DNA of 45,082 nt from the IMG/VR virus record IMGVR_UViG_3300029318_000014, positions 1 through 45,082 of that record. One strand, 5' to 3'. The notes beneath the pieces were generated by a model that had not been told where the DNA came from, searched no databases, and worked only from the letters and a program-made list of their open reading frames with translations. How positions within the stretch are numbered: position 1 is the stretch's first letter; every line of letters begins with the position of its first letter. Positions 16,337 to 25,462 of this stretch are shown in pieces. Source of the DNA: a virus (lineage: Duplodnaviria > Caudoviricetes). A program made the position numbers and the translations under genes.

Positions 16337-16459
16337 ACGGGTTGGCGACACCCGTGCTCACATCTCCGAGAGAACAAAGAATCGGAACAACAACCCATGT
16401 GAGAGAAAGGTGGGATCCCTTTCGGTGCTACCGCTGTGGGACGCTGCAGCGGTTATTTT
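16337..16459 (+). ncRNA. structured intergenic RNA, possibly a manA-class or other cyanophage RNA motif
   Basis: Five helices: ACGGGT/ACCCGT, CTCACAT/ATGTGAG enclosing TCCGA/TCGGA, GAAAGG/CCTTTC and ACCGCTG/CAGCGGT. The region is GC-rich for this genome and has no plausible ORF. Confidence 0.65.
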
Positions 16460-16462
16460 CAA

Positions 16463-16535
16463 TCCTCTATAGCTCAGTTGGTAGAGCAGGTGACTGTTAA
16501 TCACCCTGTCCCTGGTTCGAGTCCAGGTGGAGGAG
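16463..16535 (+). tRNA. trnN: tRNA-Asn(GUU)
   Basis: Acceptor stem TCCTCTA/TGGAGGA plus discriminator G, anticodon stem GGTGA/TCACC with loop CTGTTAA, T-arm CCTGG-TTCGAGT-CCAGG. Confidence 0.95.
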
Positions 16536-16537
16536 TT

Positions 16538-16544
16538 CTAAATA
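16538..16544 (+). promoter_or_regulatory. late promoter CTAAATA
   Basis: CTAAATA lies right after tRNA-Asn and just before ATG 16556. Confidence 0.5.
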
Positions 16545-16555
16545 GTAAAAAAACT

Positions 16556-16723
16556 ATGTACAACGATCTAAACGAATTTGACAAAGCAGTATATGACTTT
16601 GGAAAAAAGGTTGAGATGATTTGTGCCATGGAATTTGCTGGTAAGTTAGATGCGGAGTGTGCTTACCAGAATATTAAATACGAGTTAAAAGTCCTGAAGA
16701 AGGTTCGTAAAGAATATAAATAA
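16556..16723 (+). CDS. small helical hypothetical protein (55 aa) resembling a conserved cyanobacterial small protein
   Basis: Reads MYNDLNEFDKAVYDFGKKVEMICAMEFAGKLDAECAYQNIKYELKVLKKVRKEYK. The track start at 16436 overlaps the ncRNA and tRNA-Asn. Confidence 0.7.
   Translation: MYNDLNEFDKAVYDFGKKVEMICAMEFAGKLDAECAYQNIKYELKVLKKVRKEYK
16715..16722 (+). promoter_or_regulatory. T4 consensus late promoter TATAAATA for the large structural gene cluster
   Basis: TATAAATA at 16715-16722 overlaps the upstream stop; AGGA at 16749-16752 precedes ATG 16760. Confidence 0.7.
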
Positions 16724-16759
16724 CTCAAGAATAGATCCGTGTCATATTAGGACAATTTA

Positions 16760-19700
16760 ATGGCATTAACACGACTTCAAAACATCATTTCATCAGTTGA
16801 AGGTAGAATCCTTTACGTCAATCCTGATGACTTTGATGCAACAGATGCAATTGATAATAAAGGCAATTCGCCTATCAGACCTTTCAAGACAATTGCACGT
16901 GCAGTTCTTGAAGTAGCAAGATATTCTTATGTCAGTGCGGGTAACGCTGATGATAAGTTTGACCAATTTACAATTCTTCTTTACCCTGGTGATCACATTG
17001 TTGACAACCGTCCTGGTTCTTATGCATATAAGTTAGATGGTAGTAATAATATCGTTCCTAACGTAAATACTCAGTTTACTGAACTTGCTTCTGAAGGTAA
17101 CCTTGGATGGAGTAATTCTACTAAACAGTATGGAGAATTATTCAAGATCGTCAACTCAACTAGAGGTGGTCTGATTATCCCTAGGGGTGTATCTATTATT
17201 GGTCTTGATCTTAGAAAAACAAAACTCAGACCTAAGTATATTCCTGGTGGTGGTAATAATACTGCAGCAACTAGCGTTGAAGTTAACTTTGATGTAAATA
17301 CAACCAACAGAACACAGATTACAATTAACAGTACATCAGGTGGTGACACTGGTACAGTTAATGACATCTATGTTGGTGCAGAGTTTAGAACAGGTATTCA
17401 AGATGCTAATGGTAACAACCTGATTGAACCTGGTACAACAGTTACTTCATTTGAAACTTCTCTTGGTGGTCAGACATTTAATGTCAATATTTCTAAACCA
17501 CACGCATATCAGTCAAATACTAGTGGTGTTCAAGGAACACTTAAAGTTCCTTTTGAGGATGACAATACAAGAACTGCTCTCTTCAGAATTACTGGTGGAT
17601 GTTATTTCTGGCAGTTTAGTATCTTTGATGGTGATCCTAATGGTGTATACAATGCAAGTCCAGTAGTACCTGTTGTTCATGATCCTAATGATGGTACTCA
17701 ATGGGGAGATGTTGTATCTCCATTCTTTAGTCATACAAAACTGACTATTTTTGAATATGCTTCACTGCATGATCTTCATGTATTCTATAGAAGAATCTCT
17801 GATGCAGTTACTCTTATTAACTCTGAAAAGATTGAACCTAAGATTCAAGAGAACAGAATTGTTGGTCCTCTTGCCGATAGTGTTCAGATAACAAAGGTAC
17901 AAAGAAATGCAACAACAGTAACTGTAACTCTTGCAGAAGAGTTGAACCTTACTGCTGGAAACTTTGTTTCTATTAAAGGTGAGGGTAACTTCATTACAGG
18001 AAGTCCTAACACCAATGGATTCTACTCTGGTGAGAAGCAAGTATCTTCTGTCATTAGTAGAAGTGAGTTTACATATATTATCACCCCAACCGAAGCACAA
18101 GGTCTTGATGTATATGAGACAGATGCTGATGGTGATCCTATTAATGGAACTCAAATCACCTATCAAGCAACTGTTGGTGCCAGTGCTAAGGTAGAGATTG
18201 AGATTGATACAGTAGAATCTGCATCTCCATACATCTTTAATATCTCACTGCGTTCTACTTATGGAGCGTGTGGTATGCACGCTGATGGATCTAGGGCAAC
18301 TGGATTCAAGTCAATGGTCGTAGCTCAATATACTGGAATCTCTCTTCAAAAAGAAGATAGTGCATTCTATGTTTATGATTCTACTGCCAATCCCCCTGTA
18401 TATGCTGCTGCTGGACAAGGTGGTCACACAAATATCAATTCGATCTATAAACCAGAGGCAAGAAGTTTCCACGTCAAAGCATCTAACCGTGCTGTAATTC
18501 AGGCAGTTTCTGTCTTCGCCGTTGGTTTTGCTGATCACTTCATCGCTGAAGATGGGGGTGACATGAGCATCACCAACTCGAACTCCAACTTTGGTTCAAA
18601 TTCGATGAGATCCATCGGATTTAGTGATGTTGCATTTAATAAAGATGCTCTTGGTGAGATTACACATATCATTCCACCAAGAAATATTGAATCTGCACCT
18701 ACTAATATTTACTGGGAATCTCTTGATGCTGTAAAAACACAACAAGCAGCAAGTAACACTAGATTATACATCAACGGAAGAACATCAGAACTTGAAATTA
18801 GTGCCCCTGGTAGTTTGTTTACTGGTGGTAACTATGAAGCACGTTTAAATGGTGTTGCACTTGGTAAAAATCTTACAGTCACCGTTCAAAATGGTGAAGT
18901 TGTAACTGCAACATTCCAAAACCAAGATTATGGTAATCTCCAACCTGGAGATAAAGTAACTATTGAATCTCCTACCACAGGTGGTCTTCCTGCTGAAATC
19001 ACTGTTGGTGGATCGTTAACCTCAAATGCAGGTGAGTTTAGGATTGGATATAAATCACTTGACAAGAATGGTGCTGCTGAGAATGAACTTTTATATGTTC
19101 CTCTGTTTGAACTTGCTGGATCTACTGAGCAAACCGTTCAATCAGCACGTATCGATAAGGATGCAACTACACAAAGAGTATTTGAATATGACTATACTCT
19201 CAACAACTGGTATATCAGAGTAAGTAGTTCCTTTAATGATATCTACAGTGTATTATCTACTAATACTACGAGATATGGTCCTTCACTAATTACAAACACA
19301 CCTACCTCTTATATTACCAGATTGGTAGATGAGAGAATTGATGATGATAAAATCTTTAGATTGCGTTATGTTACCCGTCGTGGAGATGACGGCACTCTTC
19401 CATCATTCCCTCAAGCAGGTTATGTTATCCAACCTAAGAAGGGTCAGGTAAGAGGTATTGGTGATAGATTTACTGATGCTGCAAACCTGTTACTCCTGAA
19501 TAAGGAGACCATGGCAACAGATGTTGTAAGTAGATATAAGACATACGTTGGTGGTGGACAACTCCCTAATACAGACGCTGATGCAACTGCAAGTTGTGAA
19601 GAGGATATTATTAAAATTATTGAAACTGTTGCATATGACCTGAGATATGGTGGTAACGCTAGAACTTATGATGGTGCAGCATACTATGCTGTAGGTGGTC

Positions 19701-22063
19701 TTGCTGCTGGTGCAACAGGTATTCAGGGCGAGAGAGATGAAACTGTAGCAATTATTAACTCTGTTTCTGCACTGAATGGTGGATCTGACTTGTTTGATGG
19801 TCTTAAGGTGATGTTTAACAACGTCATTAATAATGGCGTTACTGGAACAGATGCAAATGGTATTGCTGTTAATGCTCAAGTTTGGGGTAATTCACCAGGA
19901 AACTTGACTCCTGAGTATATTACTGGTGAAGAGCAGTTAACAAACACAACTGGTGGTTGTACTAATGTTGTTAGTGCTGCAAATACTCTGTTAAACATCT
20001 ATACTACAGCACTTGGTAGTGATGCAACTCCAGGTACTCTTGGTAGTGTTACTAGAGTAACTTATGATTCTGCTAGACCATCTGAGCAAGAAGGTTCTGA
20101 CTTCTTTAACATTTACGATAGAATTTCTGGTCAAGAGTACAATGAAGTATACTACATCTATGAAGTAGAAGAAGAGCAAGCATTCGCTTATGATTCTGTT
20201 AATCAAATTGAAACTCCTGGAATCTACTACTTGACAGTTCTGAAAGGATCTGTTTATATCAATGGTAGTCCAAGTGAAAGTGATGCTGTTCTTGCAAACA
20301 ATACATTCAGATTTAGTCAAGAGATTGATGATCTGTATCCACAAATTGATATTGATAATGTCGTTAGTGATCCTATCATTGCAAAGAGTATTGCTGATCC
20401 ACAAATAATTGGTCGTGTTAAAACTCAAGATGGTACAAATTCCAATTATAATATTCCAGTTGATAGAACATTTAGTATTACTAAAGAATCTCTGGCGTAT
20501 TTCTTTGATGAGTATCTTAATAATGAAGTAGAATGGGATTGGGATGGTGTTGGTGACAATACTGTTACTCATAGAAGAATTGAAAACCCAACTGATGGAA
20601 CTAGTAATGGTGTTTCTCTCACCACGTTATCTTCAAGAAGTGGTGATACAGAAGTAAGAAAGATTGATCTTAATCCTGGTGAATCTGGTTGGAAAATTGA
20701 AGTAGAACTTCGTAGACCATCTACTATCAGATCTGGTAACCATACGTTTGAATATGTTGGTTTCGGTCCTGGTAACTACTCAACTGCGTTCCCAATTAGA
20801 CAGACCAAAGTTCTTACAGCAGAAGAGCAGAAGTACTCACAGTCACTTAAGGAAGCAGGTGGTATTGCATTCTATTCTGGTCTTAACTCTAACGGTGACC
20901 TTTACATTGGTAATACAGTTATTAACGCTGTTACTGGTAAGACCACCAATAATGAAATTAATGAACTAACAACTCTTACTATCAGAAATAATCTGAATGT
21001 ACTTGGTGGAACTGGAAACAGCATTGCGTCTAACTTCCAGGGACCAATTAACTTTATTGGTAATGTTAATGCTGATGGTGGAGAATATGTATTCTCTAAT
21101 ATCCAGTTAAGAAACTCTGCTGGATTTATTTCTAAGTTTACTAACGGAACTGTAGCAAATCTTCCAACAACAGATCTTACAAAGAGTGACATTCAATTTA
21201 ATTTGAATCCAGTTGATGGTGGATCTGTTGGTCACGTATATTCTGATGATAATGAGTGGAGACCATTTGGTCTGATTGGAACTGAAGATTTACATGTTTA
21301 TAAGAGCACTAATGCTAATAGTGGACATGTTCTGAATGTTGGTAATGCTATCGGTACTGCTGGCACTCAATATAACGATAACTTTGATCTTGATGTAACT
21401 GGTCGTCAAAGAATTTCAGAATGTCTTGTTATTGGAAATACTGTTAGTGATAGTAACTTTGAAGGTTTAATCTCTGACTCTGGTCATAAAGGATCTCTGC
21501 TCTTGAATCCAGATTGGACCGCTGAGTCCAATGTTGATAAGTTTGGTATGGTTATCAAACTGCAGAATCAAGGTAATGGTAAATATGTTGATTTTAGAAG
21601 TGCAACTGGAACATCTCAATTCAATGTTGATCAAGATGGTAATGTAAGTATTCCAGCAAATGCTAGTTATGGTAATGCTTCTAAAGCATGGTCAGTAACT
21701 TTGACAGTGGTAGCAAGTGGAGTTACTGCTGGAACTAATAATATTATCTTTAGTCCAACAGGTGGAAACTTCTTCCAGAGTAATCCAATTAATCAGTATC
21801 AAGGTACTTCTATCTTAGGAAGTCAGCATACTCCTGCAGGATTTGTTTGGGTATCTAATGATCCTCTTGACTCAAAGATCTTCTATGGTTCTCCTGGAGA
21901 GTTGGGTCAGTATAAAGGTAAATCTAATTCTGTAATGATTTTTGTTAATGGTGTTATGCAAGATCCATTTGTTGACTCTCACCTTGCCTCTAATGGACTG
22001 CTATATTTTACTGGACAACCACAACCAGGAGACACTATTACTATTCGTGGTTTCGCTACGTAA
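16760..22063 (+). CDS. large virion structural or tail-fibre-associated protein with a beta-helix-like region (1767 aa)
   Basis: The N-terminus ILYVNPDDFDATDAIDN.GNS..RPFKTI.RA and motifs SPYIFNISLRS..G.CGMHADG, DMSITNSNSNFG and RSGNHTFEYVGFGPGNYSTAFP match a conserved cyanomyophage structural family. Confidence 0.8.
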   Translation: MALTRLQNIISSVEGRILYVNPDDFDATDAIDNKGNSPIRPFKTIARAVLEVARYSYVSAGNADDKFDQFTILLYPGDHIVDNRPGSYAYKLDGSNNIVPNVNTQFTELASEGNLGWSNSTKQYGELFKIVNSTRGGLIIPRGVSIIGLDLRKTKLRPKYIPGGGNNTAATSVEVNFDVNTTNRTQITINSTSGGDTGTVNDIYVGAEFRTGIQDANGNNLIEPGTTVTSFETSLGGQTFNVNISKPHAYQSNTSGVQGTLKVPFEDDNTRTALFRITGGCYFWQFSIFDGDPNGVYNASPVVPVVHDPNDGTQWGDVVSPFFSHTKLTIFEYASLHDLHVFYRRISDAVTLINSEKIEPKIQENRIVGPLADSVQITKVQRNATTVTVTLAEELNLTAGNFVSIKGEGNFITGSPNTNGFYSGEKQVSSVISRSEFTYIITPTEAQGLDVYETDADGDPINGTQITYQATVGASAKVEIEIDTVESASPYIFNISLRSTYGACGMHADGSRATGFKSMVVAQYTGISLQKEDSAFYVYDSTANPPVYAAAGQGGHTNINSIYKPEARSFHVKASNRAVIQAVSVFAVGFADHFIAEDGGDMSITNSNSNFGSNSMRSIGFSDVAFNKDALGEITHIIPPRNIESAPTNIYWESLDAVKTQQAASNTRLYINGRTSELEISAPGSLFTGGNYEARLNGVALGKNLTVTVQNGEVVTATFQNQDYGNLQPGDKVTIESPTTGGLPAEITVGGSLTSNAGEFRIGYKSLDKNGAAENELLYVPLFELAGSTEQTVQSARIDKDATTQRVFEYDYTLNNWYIRVSSSFNDIYSVLSTNTTRYGPSLITNTPTSYITRLVDERIDDDKIFRLRYVTRRGDDGTLPSFPQAGYVIQPKKGQVRGIGDRFTDAANLLLLNKETMATDVVSRYKTYVGGGQLPNTDADATASCEEDIIKIIETVAYDLRYGGNARTYDGAAYYAVGGLAAGATGIQGERDETVAIINSVSALNGGSDLFDGLKVMFNNVINNGVTGTDANGIAVNAQVWGNSPGNLTPEYITGEEQLTNTTGGCTNVVSAANTLLNIYTTALGSDATPGTLGSVTRVTYDSARPSEQEGSDFFNIYDRISGQEYNEVYYIYEVEEEQAFAYDSVNQIETPGIYYLTVLKGSVYINGSPSESDAVLANNTFRFSQEIDDLYPQIDIDNVVSDPIIAKSIADPQIIGRVKTQDGTNSNYNIPVDRTFSITKESLAYFFDEYLNNEVEWDWDGVGDNTVTHRRIENPTDGTSNGVSLTTLSSRSGDTEVRKIDLNPGESGWKIEVELRRPSTIRSGNHTFEYVGFGPGNYSTAFPIRQTKVLTAEEQKYSQSLKEAGGIAFYSGLNSNGDLYIGNTVINAVTGKTTNNEINELTTLTIRNNLNVLGGTGNSIASNFQGPINFIGNVNADGGEYVFSNIQLRNSAGFISKFTNGTVANLPTTDLTKSDIQFNLNPVDGGSVGHVYSDDNEWRPFGLIGTEDLHVYKSTNANSGHVLNVGNAIGTAGTQYNDNFDLDVTGRQRISECLVIGNTVSDSNFEGLISDSGHKGSLLLNPDWTAESNVDKFGMVIKLQNQGNGKYVDFRSATGTSQFNVDQDGNVSIPANASYGNASKAWSVTLTVVASGVTAGTNNIIFSPTGGNFFQSNPINQYQGTSILGSQHTPAGFVWVSNDPLDSKIFYGSPGELGQYKGKSNSVMIFVNGVMQDPFVDSHLASNGLLYFTGQPQPGDTITIRGFAT

Positions 22064-22069
22064 TAAATA
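22063..22069 (+). promoter_or_regulatory. late promoter ATAAATA
   Basis: ATAAATA begins at the upstream stop, about 25 nt before ATG 22094. Confidence 0.6.
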
Positions 22070-22093
22070 AAATATAGGGAAAAACCAAAGTAA

Positions 22094-25000
22094 ATGGCAT
22101 TAACCAGAATTACATCAAATGTTATCAAAGATAACACGATTGAAGAAGGTAAGTTTAACAAACCTTACCTTGATTCTTCTAATGCAGATACGGCGCAGCA
22201 GGCGATTACATTTCAATCTGATTTAACCATTCAGGTTGGTGCAGGTCCAACATATTTCTCTGCTAGTAATAACTTAGTAACTTTAACTGGAACTAATTCA
22301 GCATCTGCAATTCTAAGTTTATCTGTTGGTGGATTAAGTTTAGGTGATGGTGACATCAATCTAACAGGTACTCATAAAGTACAATCACCTTTTTTAGATG
22401 TTGGTAATGGGACAAGCACCACACCTGGATTATTTTTCGGGGGCGAGACCAGCACAGGTTTCTATAGGACTACAACTCCTACAGAATCTGTAAATCTTGC
22501 TCTACAGGGATCTGATCTTTTATCATTACAACCAACAGAATTTAAGTTTGGTACTAACAATCTTCAGATTCTTACTAACGCTGCTAATACATACACACAA
22601 CTTGCTGGGTATGACACGGCGAGTGGTGCAATTGAGTTTGGTGGTGCCAATGAAAGTGTAGAGATCAAGGTAAAGAATGCCACAGTAATTGATGTAAGAT
22701 CTGAAGATGCTCTTGGTAATTCGTATACCAACAATGAGAATCGTGTTGGTATCAATACCCAGGCACCAGCAGCGACTCTGGATGTTAATGGAACAATTAG
22801 AGCAACTAGTTTCCAGGGACCAAGTGGTGCTATTTCAGCAGATGATCTTCCTGTAATTCCAATTAATAAAGGTGGTACTAATACCACAACGATTGGTACA
22901 CCAACTCAACTTCTTCGTGTTAATGAGAATGGTGATGGTTTTGAATACTTTGACCAGTCAACTGGTGACCCTAACAATTTAAAATCTTTTGGTGTTGCTG
23001 GTGATGGTAATATCTATACTGTAACCACTAGAGATAATAATGCTGGTCAAGTTCGCTTAAAAGTTTCAGATGCAGCAACCTTTGTTGTTGATCATGAGGT
23101 TAAGGTATTTGGTATTAATACAACAAACTATAACGCATATGATGTAGATGGTGGTAGTGGAACTTTCTTTGATAACTGGAGTAGTGACATTGATGGAGAA
23201 TCGCTGAATTTAATTGCAGCACAGGGTCCATCTGGAGGAACAGTTCAATATACTTATTATGCTTGCTTGATGAATACTGTTACTGGTGTCATCTCTACTC
23301 CTAAGAAACTTAAGCATAGTGGACCTCAAACTCAAGAGTATGTTGTAAATTATCCATTAGGCACTTTCAACGATCAGATTTACAACTCTGTTCCTCTTAG
23401 GAGACCAGTTACTGGTGCTAATCATGCAATTCTTCTGTATAGGTACGTCAATTATGGAAGCACTAACGTTCCTGAATATGATAGGAATGAAACTTTAATT
23501 CCTAATCATAACGATAATGTCAATCTGATTGCAATTATTGGCAATAGAGATATTGGTGCTGTTACAACTTCTCAGTGGGTATACAACGATTACGGTCCAT
23601 ACCAAAGAACGAGTTGGGGTGATTTCAATACAGATGGAACATATAATCAAAATTTCCAGAAAGTAGGCAACATTCCTTGCTCACTCCCGATTTCAAATAT
23701 TACTCAGAGAAAAGCACGTCCAGGTTGGGCATATAGAACTGTTACTGCTGTAGATTATGTAAATGATAAGATTACCATTTCTAATCCTGCTTCCAATCAA
23801 AGTCCAACAACTGACACTACAGACACTGCAGTTCTTTCGTCATTAGATTTAAATGGATTTGATGGAAACAATAAAGGATTCTTTAATTCTGTTCAAATCT
23901 GTCATGATGACACAGTTCCTTTACAAACTGCAATTGACCAGCAAGAATCTCTAGGATTGAATTCTCTTTATGTTATTGGTGGAACATATTTAGTAAGAAG
24001 ATTAAATATTCCTGCCGATTTCTCATTCCTTGGATCTGGTAAAGCAACAATTATTAAAAAACAATTCTTTGATACAGAGTATCAGAAAACTGCTGGTGCT
24101 GTAGAATTTTCAAGATTCTATTGCTCACTGTTCTTGAGAGATCCTGGTTCATCTGTTAGTGTTTCACAACCAATTAAAAATGTTACTGTAAGAGATATGG
24201 TTATCGATGGTAACTATAACTCTCAGACAAGATTGGGACTTAACACTACACCTCAAGCAAACGCTTTGATTTACTGTGAAGATATTGAGAATGCAAGTTT
24301 TTCTAGTTTAGATGTTAAGAACTCTGTTGGTGATGGCATCTATGCTAAAGGTGCAAAGAGAATGTCATTACAAAATTGCACTGTATTTGACAACTCAATT
24401 ACATATCTTACCTTTGATAATCCGTTACAAGCAACAAATGCAGAGGTATTAAGAGCATCCAACTGTGCATTCCTTGCAACCCCTGGTCCAGTTGATATCA
24501 CAACGTCAGAAGTTGTTGCATTTAACTCATGTATTATTAGAAATTGTGGAACTGGAATTAGAATTTATGGTGCTAGAAGTGCAAACACTGAAAACAACTT
24601 AGTTCTTGGTCCAGATGATGAATGGATTCCAACTGAGGATATTTACGATAGTGATTATAACTCAGTAAATATCACTGTTGATAAAACAACTGGTACAGGA
24701 ACTGGTGGAGACGTTAAGTTTACCTTTGTTGAAGATAACCTCGCAAAGGATATGACTAATACAACCGTATCTGCTAAGGTTTATAAGATCATTGTTGATA
24801 CTAATGGTAATGAAACTATTGTAGGTGAGGTTACTTATAGACAGGATGGACTTCCAACTAATCCAGAGATTTCTGTTCTTTCTTCGAGTGTTTTTGATGC
24901 AGAAAATGGTGGAGTTCAAATTAAGGTTGTATCTGGAATTGATGCACAAGGAAATTATGAGATCTTCCCAGCAACTAATACACAAGCAGTTCATTCTATT

Positions 25001-25459
25001 CCATATAGAACGACACTGACTGCTGGAACTATTAACACTAATTACAATTATCTTGCATATAGTGTTGTTGGTCAAGAATCATTAGCAATTGGATCTGCTG
25101 ATGAATATATCATTGATGGTGTAATTGGATACAATTCAACCAAGCAACAATATGAAATTAAGATTGACACTGAAAATGTTTCTGACTTTGCCGTTGGTGA
25201 CATTGTTACTCTTAAAGAACATAACACAGGATATTCGTTACCAGCGAATCTAACTGTTACTGACTTTGGGTTTGCTCAACAGTCATTTACATTAATCCTA
25301 TCATTTACTGGAGGATTTAATTCTTATCATGATCAATTGAATAGTTCCAATGGTTGGGATAGTCAGGCACAAACTTTGAGTGTTGACGCTACCGCCAGAG
25401 GATATATAGAAAAGAAAAGATCATTCACAATCGCAAAAGGTATCATCGGAGTCGTTTAA
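22094..25459 (+). CDS. tail fibre or tailspike-like protein with a right-handed beta-helix (pectate-lyase-like) domain (1121 aa)
   Basis: Fibre-type N-terminus (MALTRI, RVGINTQAPAATLDVNG, VIPINKGGT), then the beta-helix entry motif DDTVPLQTAID....LYVIGGTYLV..L.IP..FSFLGSG.ATIIK and NVTVRDMVIDGN. Confidence 0.75.
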   Translation: MALTRITSNVIKDNTIEEGKFNKPYLDSSNADTAQQAITFQSDLTIQVGAGPTYFSASNNLVTLTGTNSASAILSLSVGGLSLGDGDINLTGTHKVQSPFLDVGNGTSTTPGLFFGGETSTGFYRTTTPTESVNLALQGSDLLSLQPTEFKFGTNNLQILTNAANTYTQLAGYDTASGAIEFGGANESVEIKVKNATVIDVRSEDALGNSYTNNENRVGINTQAPAATLDVNGTIRATSFQGPSGAISADDLPVIPINKGGTNTTTIGTPTQLLRVNENGDGFEYFDQSTGDPNNLKSFGVAGDGNIYTVTTRDNNAGQVRLKVSDAATFVVDHEVKVFGINTTNYNAYDVDGGSGTFFDNWSSDIDGESLNLIAAQGPSGGTVQYTYYACLMNTVTGVISTPKKLKHSGPQTQEYVVNYPLGTFNDQIYNSVPLRRPVTGANHAILLYRYVNYGSTNVPEYDRNETLIPNHNDNVNLIAIIGNRDIGAVTTSQWVYNDYGPYQRTSWGDFNTDGTYNQNFQKVGNIPCSLPISNITQRKARPGWAYRTVTAVDYVNDKITISNPASNQSPTTDTTDTAVLSSLDLNGFDGNNKGFFNSVQICHDDTVPLQTAIDQQESLGLNSLYVIGGTYLVRRLNIPADFSFLGSGKATIIKKQFFDTEYQKTAGAVEFSRFYCSLFLRDPGSSVSVSQPIKNVTVRDMVIDGNYNSQTRLGLNTTPQANALIYCEDIENASFSSLDVKNSVGDGIYAKGAKRMSLQNCTVFDNSITYLTFDNPLQATNAEVLRASNCAFLATPGPVDITTSEVVAFNSCIIRNCGTGIRIYGARSANTENNLVLGPDDEWIPTEDIYDSDYNSVNITVDKTTGTGTGGDVKFTFVEDNLAKDMTNTTVSAKVYKIIVDTNGNETIVGEVTYRQDGLPTNPEISVLSSSVFDAENGGVQIKVVSGIDAQGNYEIFPATNTQAVHSIPYRTTLTAGTINTNYNYLAYSVVGQESLAIGSADEYIIDGVIGYNSTKQQYEIKIDTENVSDFAVGDIVTLKEHNTGYSLPANLTVTDFGFAQQSFTLILSFTGGFNSYHDQLNSSNGWDSQAQTLSVDATARGYIEKKRSFTIAKGIIGVV

Positions 25460-25462
25460 TCC

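Noticed and set aside
16430-16459. Stand-alone rho-independent terminator
   Set aside because: The hairpin has only a short, interrupted T tract and lies immediately before tRNA-Asn, so I treated it as part of the structured RNA. Attenuator activity is not excluded.
16436-16555. N-terminal extension of ORF 16436..16723
   Set aside because: It overlaps the structured RNA and tRNA-Asn; the real start is probably 16556.
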